This document shows, one piece after another, positions 40,200 to 57,357 of a DNA stretch of 64,000 nt. Below the pieces are notes generated by a model that searched no databases, was not told the origin of the DNA, and saw only the letters and a program-made list of their open reading frames with translations. The stretch's first letter is position 1; the number at the start of each line of letters is the position of its first letter. Source of the stretch: Octopus vulgaris. Taxonomy: Eukaryota. A program made the position numbers and the translations under genes. The DNA is taken from assembly GCA_951406725.2 (NCBI GenBank), contig OX597820.1:69006001-69070000 (forward strand). The letters are read 5' to 3'.

Positions 40200-40619
40200 A
40201 TTGGTAGAAACGTTAGCGCCTCGGACGAAAAATCTTAGCAGCATTTATCCCGGTTCATTACGTTCCAAGTTCAAATGCGACAGGGGCTAACTTTAACTTT
40301 ATCTCCTCCCGGACTTAATGAAGTAAAATACCAGTCAAATTCTGGGGTTCTATGTAGTTGATTTGCCTCAGCCCTCAATTTTTTTTAGCCGCGAGCCAAA
40401 ATCAGAAATAGTAATAATTATATAGAAAACAACTAAAAATATATAGATAATAATTATAGATAATAAAATTTTAATTATTATTACTATGATACGTATTACA
40501 TGCAGTAGTAGTAATAGTAGTAGTATTAGTATTTGTAGTAGTATTAGTATTAGAAGTAGTAGTAGTAGTACTGATAGTAGTGATTGTTCTGATATCATCA
40601 CAGTTGTTATTATAATTAG

Positions 40620-40688
<69 letters not shown>

Positions 40689-41020
40689 ATGTCTGTCTGT
40701 CTATCTACCTATCTATCTGTGTGTGTGTGTGTGCGTGTATGAGTGTGTGTGTGTTTATTTGCAAGTATGTATTTATTTATAATGAAAAAATCAAATATGA
40801 TTATATGTAGTAGTTTCTTATTCACGCTCAAGGCCTGCAATTTCGGGTGGGGGTGGGGTGGGGTTGGAGTGAAAGTCGACGCTATCGATTTCCAGTGTTT
40901 GGCTAATACCCCTATTTTATCGATTCCGGAAGTATGGAAGGCAAAGTTGGAATGGAGTCGGCGGGATTTGAACTTAAGAACATAAAGAACCAGCAAATAC
41001 AGCACAAGACATTTAATCTA
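40200..41020. mobile_element. Two degenerate SINE family B copies in opposite orientation (about 40200-40410 plus, 40820-41020 minus)
   Basis: GAAACGTTAGCGCC...AAGTTCAAAT and GGCAAAGTTGG...GGATTTGAACTTAAG. Confidence 0.7.
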
Positions 41021-41108
41021 GCACACACGTGTATATGTGTGTGTGTGTGTGTGTGTGAGTGTATGTGAGTGTTTGTCTGTGCGTCTCTCTCTCTCTATAT
41101 ATATAAAT

Positions 41109-41166
<58 letters not shown>

Positions 41167-41525
41167 GTACAATGTTTCGTTTTAATGAACTGTTTTCTTC
41201 CATTACAACTCAACTTTATATCTTTTCTTCTCTCTCTCTCTCTCTCTTCTCAAATATCTATCTTTGTTCTCTTTCTTTATTAGCTTATTTATTACTACAT
41301 AATTTTGTTTTATTTTCATGTGTTTTTGTTTGTGTGCTTTATTTATTTATTTATTTATTTATTCATTTATTTTTTTACCCTTAGCAATACAATTCTTCCT
41401 TCCCCTGCGGCTCGGCCACACACACACAAATCTTCTTTCTCTTTCTACATTTCTCTCGAGCACTAACACATACACACAGATGGACACATGCGCGCACAGA
41501 TTTATACAACAGAGAGAGAGAGAGA

Positions 41526-41560
<35 letters not shown>

Positions 41561-41850
41561 GTAGAGCGAGAGGGATTTGTGTTTTTTTGTATGTGTTTTA
41601 GGTTCAGATTTAACTTGATGTGCCAACACCTTCAACGGACTAAAACGCCTCCAGCAATAACAAAACCCTCAACCATTTTGCGGGCGGAGGAGTGGATTTT
41701 TTTTCTTGAGGACAACAACTGGAAGGGAAACACAAACGTAACTAGAACAGCAACAGCAACAAAAACAACAACAGCCACATGTCCACTAACTAACAATTGG
41801 AACCACACACAAGAACACACATAATATACACTGAACCGCACGCACAGACA

Positions 41851-41958
<108 letters not shown>

Positions 41959-42359
41959 AGATGCCCAGTCGTATAAAGAATGGCAGAACAATGATTTAAG
42001 CTAAAAGCTATAAGAAAAAAATGTGAATTTACTTATAAAAAAGCGTTTTTAGATTTAAACCCAGGAACGGTAGATTTTAAGGTGTGGGGATAAATTGATA
42101 CAGCAGATCAGTCTATGAATGAAACTAATAAAGTGATATTTTATTATATCAAAATCGGCGGGAAATGAGCTCATGAACCTAAAATATATATCTTATGTCA
42201 AATATTAAAATGTCAAAATATATCCGAAAAGCTGGCAAGAAATATCTGAGAATAAATTAAACAAGAACAAATAATAATGTTTCCCAAATAAAAACGAACG
42301 TGCATGTTTGTATGTACATACATACATAATACATACATACACACATACATATGTATATG

Positions 42360-42412
<53 letters not shown>

Positions 42413-42569
42413 GTGCAAACATATATACTGACAATACAAAAACACATATATTAAGGAATACGTTTTATTATATATGTTATACATAAAGCGGTATATAACA
42501 AATATGTTTAATATATAAGCAAGATAGAAGGAAAACTATACTGAATACGCGCCTGTATATATATATGTG

Positions 42570-42645
<76 letters not shown>

Positions 42646-42763
42646 TATACACATATATATACATGCATATATATATATATATACACATATATATGTATAT
42701 CTATATGCACACATATGTTAAGTGAATACACATACATATCTATGTGTATGTACATATGATATA

Positions 42764-42838
<75 letters not shown>

Positions 42839-43095
42839 GCATACATGTATAGATACACACACATGCATATATATACATATGTGTGTGGGTCCTAATTGTT
42901 AAATACTTGGATAGTTCTTTTTTAAAAAAACCACCGCAAATGTTATCGAATAATTTAATTATTCTCATCATCATTATCTTTATCATTATCAACATCTCTG
43001 GCGTTATCATCAACATCATCATTATAACCACTGTCATAGCTTCATTATTATTTCGACAACGGCTTGTCCATTGTCATCAGTGATATTATTGTAAT

Positions 43096-43282
43096 TCTTC
43101 TTCTTCTTCTTCTTCTTCTTCTTCTTCTTCTTCTTCTTCTTCTTCTTCTTCTTCTTCTTCTTCTTCTTCTTCTTCTTCTTCTTCTTCTTCTTCTTCTTCT
43201 TCTTCTTCTTCTTCTTCTTCTTCTTCTTCTTCTTCTCCTTCTTCTTCTTCTTCTTCTTCTTCTTCTTCTTCATCTCCTTCTT

Positions 43283-43313
<31 letters not shown>

Positions 43314-43376
43314 TTATTATTATTATTATTATCATTATTATTATTATTATTATTTTCATCATCATCATCATCATCA

Positions 43377-43446
<70 letters not shown>

Positions 43447-43460
43447 CATCATCATCATCC
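43096..43460 (+). repeat. Compound trinucleotide array: (CTT)n of about 215 bp, then (ATT)n/(ATC)n
   Basis: Direct reading. Confidence 0.95.
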
Positions 43461-43645
43461 TGCATCCACCTCTACCACTTCCTGCACATTATCATCGTTA
43501 TCGCCATCATAAACATCATCATCATCATCATCATCATCATATCAATAATCGACTTCATTGTGCATAAAGAGTTCAGATTTTGTTCTACTTTCGCCATTGC
43601 ATGGCAATGGCTGTTGCATGTGGCCACCATAATGATAAATGACAT

Positions 43646-43722
<77 letters not shown>

Positions 43723-45030
43723 TAATAATAATGATGATAATATCATCATTATATCAACAATAATAACAACAACAAAAACAATAATAATAATTATATTAAC
43801 GATAATAATAATAATAGTACCTACACCTTTCAGCATAGTATTTCTGAAAAGCTACTTTTTGAGAATATCGGCATCAAAACAGAAACTCTGTCAGTCTCTC
43901 TTTTGCACACATTTTTATGAGATGTATACAAATAAACCTTATATATATATATATATATACATATATATATTCACATTTGCATGTCCATGTGTATGTATGT
44001 ATATATGTTTTATCTGTCTGTCGTTCTCACTCACCATCCCTCTTTCAGTTTGTGCCCTTTTTCTAAGTTCCAAACACTTCAGACTCTCATTCTATTTCCC
44101 AGTCTTTATCTCTTATCATTACCCCTGTTCATTGTACTGTACCCTCACACTCACACTAGCTCTCAAATATGGAGGAGACTCTCAATCATATTTACTATAT
44201 AAGGAAGGTAACACGTTTCACTGTTCTTAAATTTGGGGTTTCATTGTATATATCTACAGCCTTCATCACATTCATGTGACTATTTCGATATACTCGTCAT
44301 CATCATCATCATCATCATCATCACCATTGACATAATCATGTCTTGCTCGGTTATCATCATTTATTACCATCTATTTTTTCATTGCATACTCAACCATATT
44401 TTTTTTGTCCTTTTTTGCCTTTCTTGAACCATTTCATCATACCCCAACCCTCAGTCCATTGTTGCCATTGAAATTATAATCATCTTGTTCTATTTGCTGT
44501 ATTATTTTCTATGACACCTTGCAGAGTTCCTTCATCATTTCTTTCTTTCTTCCAATATTTCCTAAACCCTCTCTCCCTTCCCTTCCATATACTTCCCCCA
44601 CCTGAGGCACACACGTATACACACACACACACACACACACGCACACAGACACACACACAGACACATACACACACACACACACACACATTCGCATTCATTA
44701 CTTCAGTTTCAATTTTTTCTTCATCTTCCTTCTTTCATTTTCATTCTATAATTTACTTCTTATTCTCAGTTTCTCTTCTTCATTTCCGAACTCTTTTTTT
44801 ATTGTAACTCCTTGCTTCTTCCTTCCTTCCTTCCTTCCTTCCTTCCTTCCTTCCTTCCTTCCTTCCTTCCTTCCTTCTCTCTCATGATTCTTTCTACTCG
44901 TATTGTCGCTCTTTCTTCATCCACTCCTTTTTCTTCTTCTCCCCCATCCTTCGCCTTATCCTTCTTCGTTGTCTTTTGTTTTCTTCTCCTTTATCCTTCT
45001 TCTATTCCCCAGTATATTTCCAGGGATTAC

Positions 45031-45051
45031 CTGGCGAAACGTGCCATAGAC
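45031..45051 (-). other. Candidate 21-nt microexon
   Basis: ttataattttgtag|GTCTATGGCACGTTTCGCCAG|gtaatc. Phase 0 gives VYGTFRQ. Confidence 0.25.
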
Positions 45052-45362
45052 CTACAAAATTATAACTTTCAGACGATGCAACTTAAAGTTTGCCTCCAGC
45101 AAACGCGTGTTCACGTTGCTGCGTTGCAGTGTCATACCCGAAGGAAATACTTCCAAAATTCGATAAAAACTAAAAAAAAGATAACTATATATCAAACTAT
45201 ATATATATATATGAAACTAAAGATATAAACAAAAACAAGGACACAAAACAATATATATATATATGCTAAAGAAGCAAAAAAACAAACACTAAATTAAGCA
45301 ACAAAAAAAGTCATTCTTATAATATTTATTGCCTGTATTATATTCTGTTACGCAAGTGTCTC

Positions 45363-45446
<84 letters not shown>

Positions 45447-45543
45447 GTGTGTGTACACATAAACGAGGAGATGCATACACGAATGCTTTAATCGGTGTGG
45501 GCATGTGTGTGTACTTGTATTTCATATACTTTTTAAAAAGATA

Positions 45544-45597
<54 letters not shown>

Positions 45598-45707
45598 CAT
45601 ATATATGCAGGCATACATATATAACTATATATACATATATACATATATATATATATGTATGTATATTTATCAGTATATATACATACACAGACACACATAC
45701 ATACACA

Positions 45708-45869
<162 letters not shown>

Positions 45870-46354
45870 TAGAGATACTCACAGATATATGCATACCAAA
45901 AAGGTGAAACTAGTTATATATATATAGCTTCTACATTTACAAGTACACTAAGGAAGGAATTTAACTTTATAAATACAGAAATTCATTATATTCAACAGAA
46001 GAGGCTAACTGTGCTTCACTAATTATATTACTATGCAACAGAGATTTTATATGTATTCTTTGTTGATCCTAAAATATCATCTTTATTATATTTACCACAG
46101 GTTTATTGGTATATATTTGCACTTTCTGCCCATTTGTGAATATATAGGTAATTTTGTACGGATCTATAAATGTATTAAATATATATACTCACATATTTAT
46201 ATATATTTAGATATATATATATATTATGTACACCTATAAATTACATGTATATCTACATAGAAAGATGTATTTACATGTAATATACAATACATGTATGAAT
46301 ATATTTATACTATCATACAACTATAATATTATGTGTACATGCATATATGCATAC

Positions 46355-46412
<58 letters not shown>

Positions 46413-47265
46413 ATTAGCATGCAACATAGTATGATTATATGTAATGTTATATTATACAGGTTTTTTTTATTGTTCTTTATCAATTTCAAATTATATATTT
46501 ATATTTCGTTTTCCTTTATTTATTTGTTATTTTACTAATTTTTTATCTGAGTTTTAGTTTTCTATTTATTTGCAAACAATGAATTCTTTGTATGTCCCAG
46601 GTTATCTTGAGACAATGCCTGGGATTTTGCTGTCTTCTCAGCATCTCTCTCTCTCTCTATCTCTTTCTCTCTCCATCATTTTCTGTGTATCTATCTATCT
46701 TTCTATCTGGCTGTATAGTTCTTACACCCTCTTGTTCTCTCCCTCACTCGCACTCTCTTTGTGTTCCTAAACAGTCCATTGGTCACTGGGCATACATAGT
46801 TTCCTTTATTCCCATTGTAAACTGTAAAACTCTACTCCAGTCACTTATACGTATTTCACACAAACGCAAGCGTATACACTAATATGTACATACAACCATA
46901 CACACATACAGACATTGCATGCTTGTAAGTATATATATATATATATATGTACACACAAACACACTCAAGTATACACGCACACAATTACACACACATGCAC
47001 ATGCATACACACACATATATGAATTATAAAACTATAATTTTTATTTGCTAAAATTACTGGTTATTTCTTCTGTTTATTGTGAAATCAGTTTTATAACTCA
47101 ACTTGAGTACACACACATACATAAATATCTGTGTTTATGTACATCTATATATATATATGCACATGCATATGTATACATGTGAGTATGATAATATATGCAC
47201 ACACACGCACGTATATATATATATATACATAGTCATAAATACACATGTGCATTCAGCTATGTGTT

Positions 47266-47403
<138 letters not shown>

Positions 47404-47754
47404 TACATATATATATATGTATGTATGTATGTATATGGCAGAACAAACACTTTCCCTCATAGAAGTGAATTAAAAAAAGACCAAGTTTATTGAAAAATCA
47501 CTCGAGTGCATAGACGCAAACATATGTATAAGTATAAAACTACATATACACATTTACAGATATAGTTATGCAGTTACGCACGCACGCACTACCAGTGTCC
47601 CGGACAACAAAAGCTTGGACACCAATAATGACCCTCATTGTCTGAGGCCTCACCATCATCATCATCATCATCGTCGTCATCGTTGTCGATTTGCCCATCA
47701 TTATCATCACACTTCACAATGAAATGACATAGAAATCAGTAAAACATTTTGAAT

Positions 47755-47898
<144 letters not shown>

Positions 47899-47949
47899 AT
47901 AATAATAATAATAATGATAATAATGATAATAATAATAATAATAATAATG

Positions 47950-47995
<46 letters not shown>

Positions 47996-48176
47996 TAATA
48001 ATATAAGTAATAATAAGGGTATTTCTTCCACTAACAAAACCAACACCACCAGGATTTTTATTCCTTAACTAACAAAATTTATATTCACGTGAAAGCCGTC
48101 ACATATTCAAAAAGTTGTAGTATATAAACATACAAACATAGACGTATTATAATGTATACGACAGAAAGACAAGATG

Positions 48177-48243
<67 letters not shown>

Positions 48244-48440
48244 ATGTAAACATATAGGTTTATTTATATATATACAGTTATACATATATATATATATAAA
48301 TATACATACATATATATACTCATATATATGTATATATATATCTATATACATATACACAAGTATATGTATATATATATATATATAGGTGGATGTATATATA
48401 TATGTACATATGAATATACATATATGTACATAGGTATACT

Positions 48441-48748
48441 TTTATTCTCTTTTACTACTTTACTTGTTTCAGTCATTTGATTGTGGCCTTTAGTCGAGGA
48501 AATCGACCCCAGGATTTATTATTATTTTCAAGCCTAGTACTTACTCTATTCGTCTCTTATTTCGAACCGCTAAGTTACATATATACGACGGGCTTCTTTC
48601 AGTTTCCGTCTACCAAATCCACTCACAATGATTGACTCAGCCCGAGGCCATAGTACAAGACACTTGCTCAATGTGCCACGCAGTGGGACTGAACCCGGAA
48701 CCATGTGGTTGGTAAGCAAGCTACTTACCACACAGCCACTCCTGCGTC
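48441..48748 (-). mobile_element. SINE family A, internally deleted
   Basis: Minus head GACGCAGGAGTGGCTGTGTGGTAAG. The segment downstream of the internal TA tract is lost. Confidence 0.9.
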
Positions 48749-48808
48749 TATATATGTATGTGCATATATATATATATGTATAGATATAGGAATGTATATA
48801 TAGATATG

Positions 48809-48865
<57 letters not shown>

Positions 48866-50544
48866 GCATATATATGTGTGTATATATATATATATATAGG
48901 TATGTGAATATATAGATATATATATAGGTATGTGCATATATATACATGTATATATATATATACATATATGCATACATATATATATATACATATATAAATA
49001 TATATAGCACCAGGTGGTGCTATTAAGTTAGACATGGCCTGGGCCAATAATGGCCGAAACCTATTAAAGTATCAAAGTATATACATATATATATATGTAT
49101 ATATATATATACATATATATATATATCTATATACATATATATATATGTATACATATATATATATATATATGTATACATATACACATACATATATATATAT
49201 ATACATATATATATACATATATATATATCTATATACATATATATATATGTATACATATATATATATGTATACATATACACATACATATATATACATATAG
49301 AAATATATACATATATGCATATATTTATATATAAGCATATACATATATATTCATATAAATATACATACATAGATATATATATATACATATATATTTATAT
49401 ATACATATGTGTATACATGCATACATATACACATAACTATATATATATACCCATACCTATATATATATACTTATATATATACATGTATATATATGTACAT
49501 ACATATATATTTTATATACTTTTATATATATACATATATATACATATATGTATATATATATGCATATATATACACATATCATACACATGTACATACATAT
49601 ATATTTATAGACATATATATATGTGTGTATATAAATATATATGCACAGATATACATGCACATATATACATATATATATATATATGCTTATAATGCTTATA
49701 AACATATATACACATACATACATATATATATATACATACATACATACATACATACATACATACATACATACATACATACATGCAGACGCGGCAATATGTA
49801 ACATATGTCTATACATATTCATACACACACACACACATACACACACCTATAGAACATGATGGATATTTATGCACATTGATGGTCATTTACACCCACCTGC
49901 CCCTCCACACACACATGTATACTGAACTCGTTGGGTATTTATGTACAGACATCGATAATCACACACAAGCGCCCTTACACAATTATATGCATTATGCTAT
50001 GGAAAATTTACATATATACATTCTTTATCTGACGTAAACTTCTAGAATAAAGAGAAAACCGTTATTAATCCATAACACTTGGACAAGCTTCCTTTATATC
50101 AAATGCAAGAGCTTACGAAAATATTGTCATAGATCTAAGCACTATATTTAGGAATAAGATAATTTCTAGTGTAAAACATAAGGTTCCATTATATTCCTAC
50201 ATGTGCATTATATTCATGCATGCACAAGAAAAATAAAAATGTATGAAGGAAAAAAACAAACGGTCAAACGAACATCTATATATGAAAGGCTTTATGGAGA
50301 TATAGGAACACACTCACGTGCGCAAATGCATGCGCATACACTTATAAATATATGTTAAAACCTACATTCAGTTATACATATGTATATTGCGAAATAAAAT
50401 GGCAGGATAAATTCACAAATGAATGCATGTTTAAACACATATATACCTACATACACATATGCATTTGAATATATATATACACACATATATATATATATAT
50501 ATACATATGTATATATTCATACACATATATATATATGTATATAT

Positions 50545-50601
<57 letters not shown>

Positions 50602-50861
50602 TATGAATATATAACACACACACACGCGTATATATATATATGTGTGTGTGTGTGTTTGAGTGTGTGTATGTGTGTGTGTGTGTGTGTGCAAACGTACACA
50701 TGTATTTAACTATATATTGAAATGTAACAAGCATATAAAAATAAAATACCTTCTTAAAATTATAATAATTATACCAATAAATATATTGTATGGAACAGCG
50801 GAAAAATTATTTTTAGATGTTCGCCTAAAAGTAAAATGAATACATGTAAATGTATATATAC

Positions 50862-50937
<76 letters not shown>

Positions 50938-51167
50938 ATATGTATACGCAGACACAAACTCACATTCATATATGTGTGTGCGTGTGTGTATGTGTGTGTG
51001 TGCATGTGTGTGTGCAAAATATGTCTGTAAACAATCTAACGCGTACATATGCATGTATGAAAAGTACAGATATGAAATGGTACGTATTCTTGTTTGTACC
51101 CGTATGTACGTATATGTGTCTATTTATCTCTCTCACTCAGTCCCTCTTTCTCTCTCTCTCTCTCTCA

Positions 51168-51244
<77 letters not shown>

Positions 51245-51579
51245 TGTGTGTATGTGTGTGTGTACTTGTATATTTATAAATATACATATGTACATACATA
51301 ATCACGTGCATCCACACACACATATGTACATATATGCATATATTGAGTCCTATATATATATATATATATACATAAATAATTATACATATTGATATCGATG
51401 TAAACATTTATAATAATATACATACATATATACATATTCATATATATATATATATATATATATACATATTCATATACTCACATATTCAAATATATATATA
51501 CATACTCATATATTCTCATATTCACATATATATACATATTCATATATTCACATATTCATATATATATATATATATATTC

Positions 51580-51640
<61 letters not shown>

Positions 51641-52052
51641 TATTCATATATATATCATATATATACATATATATACATGTAAATACATTGCATGTACATC
51701 TATATACATATAGAAACATATATATATATATGCGTGTGTGTGTGTATATGTTATATGTCTATATTTCTCTACGTGTTATACGTCAGTGTGCGTGTGAGAG
51801 GGTGTATGTATATATAATATAATTTTATTTATTTAAACTTTGTATGCTTATTCGTGTGTGTAACTAAACGTATGTCTACAGATACGGAAGCACACACAGT
51901 CACGTATTCAAGTACAAAGATAAGGTATGCATTCGGATGTGTGTGTGTGTGTGTGTTTATGTGCAATTATCTAGACTTAGTTCAACACATGAATACACAC
52001 ATACTCATGTATATATGCGTAGGTAACCCTTTTGATACATAAATGATATGCA

Positions 52053-52114
<62 letters not shown>

Positions 52115-52214
52115 TACATATATATATAAATATTATACACACATACATGTATACATATATATTCTTACGCATATATATTTAAACATACACATACACACAC
52201 ACACACAAACACAC

Positions 52215-52268
<54 letters not shown>

Positions 52269-52713
52269 AACATATACTTATTCAAACATGCATATATACA
52301 CACAGATTCATATAAAAACATATACTTATACACTCATGTACATATATACACATATAATTATAAATACATGCATATATATGCACACATGTATACTTATACA
52401 CACATGTATATATACATATTTACATAAATGTGTGTGCGTGAGCGCATGTGTGGTAACATTCAACTTGATTATAGTGCTGAATTTTCCCACATTGTTGGTC
52501 TTTACACATTTTATTCTATTTTTTTCAAAATGTCAGCCTTCTTCACTTCCATTTTATGGAATCTTGCGTCTGTGGCAGTCATTATTAGCCCTCTTTGCAA
52601 CCCATAAATCGTCTGCGTTTAAAGAAAATCAACCAAGTTCTCGATATTCTGCACATATTCGTGTCGTGTTTTGTAAAGCACTGTATATGAGTTTGTGTAT
52701 ACACATATATCTC

Positions 52714-52834
<121 letters not shown>

Positions 52835-52839
52835 CTCCC

Positions 52840-52920
<81 letters not shown>

Positions 52921-53274
52921 GATGATTGATTTATTTGCTGACTTCCTGTTTGTAAAATGCGTTTCTGATGTCGCCAACCGTGATCCTTTTATATACAATG
53001 TACGAACATATTAATGTTATCGCCCCGATTTGTGGGCTATTCTTCTTGTAGCATGATAGATAAAACTTCATTTGATTGAAACGCCCGTGATAATCCATCT
53101 ACATACGCATAGATAGATAGATAGATTCATAGATAGATAGATAGATAGATGGATAGATAGATAAATACGTACATACATACATGCATACATACATAGGTTC
53201 ATGCATACATACAGTCACGCTTAGATAGGTGTATACTTAAATGGATGAATAGATAAATACATACATAGATGGAG

Positions 53275-53357
<83 letters not shown>

Positions 53358-54165
53358 AAAAAATAGATAGATAGATAGACAGACAGGGACATACATATAT
53401 TCGTAGACAGATATTCAGATAGACTCTCAGATAGATAAATAAATACATTCACAGATGTGTGTGTGTGTGTGTGTGTGTGTGCGCCCGTTCGTCTGTGTAT
53501 GTGCAAAATTATTTGTTGTGCATATTTAATCTTATCAGTTATTTAGCTTATTTCAATTGTTCCTTGTATTCTGTTTTTCATTTCTTCATATATATTATTG
53601 CAAATGTTTGTATTCTTTCCTTCTGTAGTTTCTTGTTGAGTAAATCTTGATGTGGAACACTTGAGGCATTGAATCTAGTCTTTGGAAACACGTTTAAAAT
53701 TGTCAGGGACAAACCCTTACAAATACAACATATACACATATATTCTTTAACAAATACACTTGTATCTATACACACATACATATTCAACCACAAACACACA
53801 CGTATATATATGTATGTACATCCAAGTATATTTATATACATACATACATACATTTGTATATACATGCATATGTGCATATACTGGCATACATACGCACACA
53901 CATACACACATACACACACACACATATATTTATATATATATATATATATATATATACATACATATATATATACATATATATAATATACATACATATGTAT
54001 ACTCATATTATCCATATATATATACACATTTTATACAAACATATACATATATATATGTATATATATTACACGTATCTACATAATACACATGCGCATATTA
54101 TACATACATATATATATATATACATACATACATATATATACATATATATTATACATATATATATG

Positions 54166-54217
<52 letters not shown>

Positions 54218-54618
54218 CATACATATATATCTATATCTGTATATATGTGTGTGTGATTGTGTATATGTGTGTGTATATATGTGTAAGAAAAAATTATGCT
54301 TGCATCTATATCTTCAATATGTATATTATATATAAATATTTTTAAAAATATTTTTGAAACATACATACACATATAGAAACATTCACGACAAATATAAAAA
54401 CGCCCTCACACATCGCTCCATAGTCGCATATATTTTCCGTCGTTCTTTTTTCACTTTTTGTTCCCGTTATAAAATCTTGAGGGCATAAAAGGTGTAAGAG
54501 GGGCGTTAAGCAGCAAGGCAATAAGGAAGTGAGAGGGTGGTATTAAATGCTGGAGGTGTTAGCCTTGAAACGGTGAGCGACTTTACTTCTCTATGTGTTA
54601 TTTTCTATTATTTTTCTT

Positions 54619-54659
<41 letters not shown>

Positions 54660-54894
54660 TTGTATATATTCAATTTATTCCGATTAATGATGAACTGGAC
54701 TTGTTGGTATTACAATTCTTTTAAAATGGCTTTTTATTCATATAAAAATGATAATGGGGATAATGCTAATAATAACAATAATAATAATAATAACAATAAT
54801 AATAATAATAACAATAATAATAATAATGATAATAATAATCCTTTTTAATATTGAAACGAGTGGGTGTTAGTCTCTATATATATTCTTTCCTATA

Positions 54895-54960
54895 ATGGCG
54901 GTGCCCCAGCATGGCCACAGCTCGTGAGCTAAAAACTAGATGAAATGAAATAAAAATAAA
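54895..54960 (+). mobile_element. Isolated LINE 3' tail, related to 14623-14670
   Basis: TGGCGGTGCCCCAGCATGGCCACAGCTCGTGAGCTAAAAACTAGATGAAAT. Confidence 0.7.
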
Positions 54961-54980
54961 TAATAAATCAAATAAATAAA

Positions 54981-55163
<183 letters not shown>

Positions 55164-55164
55164 C

Positions 55165-55333
55165 ACTCAGCTGGTACATATTTAATCGACACCGAAAATA
55201 TAAATGACGAAGTCGGCCTTGTCGGGGATTTGAACTGGGTACTCAAAAAGAGAGAAGGGTGAAAATGCCGACGAGAATTTTGATTGGGGAGCTGACGATT
55301 TTGCCTTATTTCTGCCTTTGCAATAATAATAAC

Positions 55334-55401
<68 letters not shown>

Positions 55402-55580
55402 CAACAATAATGATAATCCTTTCTACTAAAGGCACAAGGCCTAGTATATGACTGGTACTTTTAATTAATCTACCCCGGGGGGGATATAAAACAACGTTTA
55501 CTCCCACCGGATTTGAACTCAGAAAAAGAAGCGTTAGAAAAAATGCCGCAAAGCATTTTACCAACTGTTCTGCCAATTCA
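55165..55580 (-). mobile_element. Two degenerate SINE family B copies separated by (AAT)n
   Basis: CTGGTAC...GATTTGAAC blocks occur twice. Confidence 0.7.
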
Positions 55581-56639
55581 ATAATAATAATTATCATAAT
55601 ATGGTAATTCTGGTCGTAAAATTTAGAGACTTTATTATATGTCTGAGTAATGAAAATCCTATTAAAACTTTCTTTTCCTGTTCCTCTGTCCATTTTACAG
55701 TGTTTCATTAATTTTGTCAGAATCAAGGTATTCATTTTTTGTGTGTGTATACATGTGTATACATGTCTATATGTATGTATGTCAGTATGTATGTATTAAT
55801 CCAGTAAAGTCATTTGGACGTCGGACAGAATGCAGGTGTGTTCGCGCGTGTTCGTGCGTATGTATAAAGTATGTGTGTATGTATGTATGTCTGTATGTAT
55901 GTATAAATCGGAAAAATACTTTGGGCATCGGGCTGAATGCAGGTCGGTTTGGGGGTCCGACTGTATGCGGTATGATTTCAAATTTTATCGAGGTAAATTA
56001 ATTCCTTCATTCTTTTGTGGTCAATAAAAAAAAAAGGGTCAACCTTAGGAACTGAGTTGGTAGAACTATGAAAATGGACTAGATAACTCGGAGTATTTGT
56101 TCCGAACCTACGCATACTGAGTTCAATTCACTCCATGGCCTACAAGCATGGTAAACGTGACCCGTCGTCCAGTTTGAAATACTTCCGACCACCATGGTTC
56201 TCATAAGCAAAGTTCACTCCATTTCAAGTACTCTGATTAGGGTCTGGCTTGAAGATATCTTCCTCATTCTTAGAAAACTAAATTATTATTATTATTATTG
56301 TCGTTATTAATTATATGTGTGTGTATTCGTGTGTATGTGTGTGTGTGTGTACGGGAAGAGATAGATAAATACACATACACAAATATTACATATAAGTGCG
56401 CACACAGGAGCACACACACATGCACAGTATATATATCATATATGTGCATATTTGTGTGTGTGTGTGCGTGTCAGTGTTTGCAAGGTGTGTGTGTGAGTGA
56501 ATGAGAAAGGCGTGGGGGATTTTAGCTTTTAGTCGACATTTCATAAATTAAGGTAATTTAGTTGTAACTTTGCAAGTTTAAACTCTTTGTTCTGTCACAC
56601 TGTATCTATCTGTGTGCATGTGTGTGTGGGTGTGTATAA

Positions 56640-56727
<88 letters not shown>

Positions 56728-56767
56728 GTGTGTGTGTGTGTATGTATATATATATATATTTCTTTAC

Positions 56768-56959
56768 TAGGGGCTAAACACAGAGGGGACAAACAAGGAC
56801 AGACAAAGGGATTGTCGACTACATCGACCCCAGAGCGTAACTGTACTTAATTTATCGACCCCGAAAGGATGAAAGGCAAAGTCGACCTCGGCGGAATTTG
56901 AACTCGGAACGTATACGAATCTCGCCCGGCGTGCTAACGTTTCTACCAGCTCGCCGCCT
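56768..56959 (-). mobile_element. SINE family B (same tail type as 9497-9729)
   Basis: GGGCTAAACACAGAGGGGACAAACAAGGACAGAC...CAGCTCGCCGCC. Confidence 0.9.
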
Positions 56960-56961
56960 TT

Positions 56962-56996
<35 letters not shown>

Positions 56997-57317
56997 AAGC
57001 GCGAATATGCACGCATGCATATATTCATTTCATATATGAATACATGTATGTATTTATTTCCCTCTCTTATTGATATTTCAAACAATTTGTCATTTTTATT
57101 GAGATGGGATGGAATGGAGGCAGGCGTGGAGTAAAGGGGATGGGATGGAGTGTTCGGTTACCACAATACATTTTTATTTTATTTTATTTTATTTTACTTT
57201 TTGCTTCAATATTTCTTTTCTTTTTTTCGATTAAATGATGATAATTTTACATAGTATTCTTCACTGATTCCACTCAAAGATAAAGAGCTGACAACGACGA
57301 CGAAGGGAAGGGTTGTT

Positions 57318-57357
<40 letters not shown>

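Noticed and set aside
40844-40867. G-quadruplex-forming G runs
   Set aside because: An expanded G tract in a decayed SINE B tail, with no sign of function.
43034-43567. Poly-Lys/Asn and poly-Leu/Ile ORFs
   Set aside because: Entirely trinucleotide repeat.
43592-43612. Hairpin GCCATTGC-atg-GCAATGGC as a miRNA precursor
   Set aside because: An 8-bp stem is far too short.
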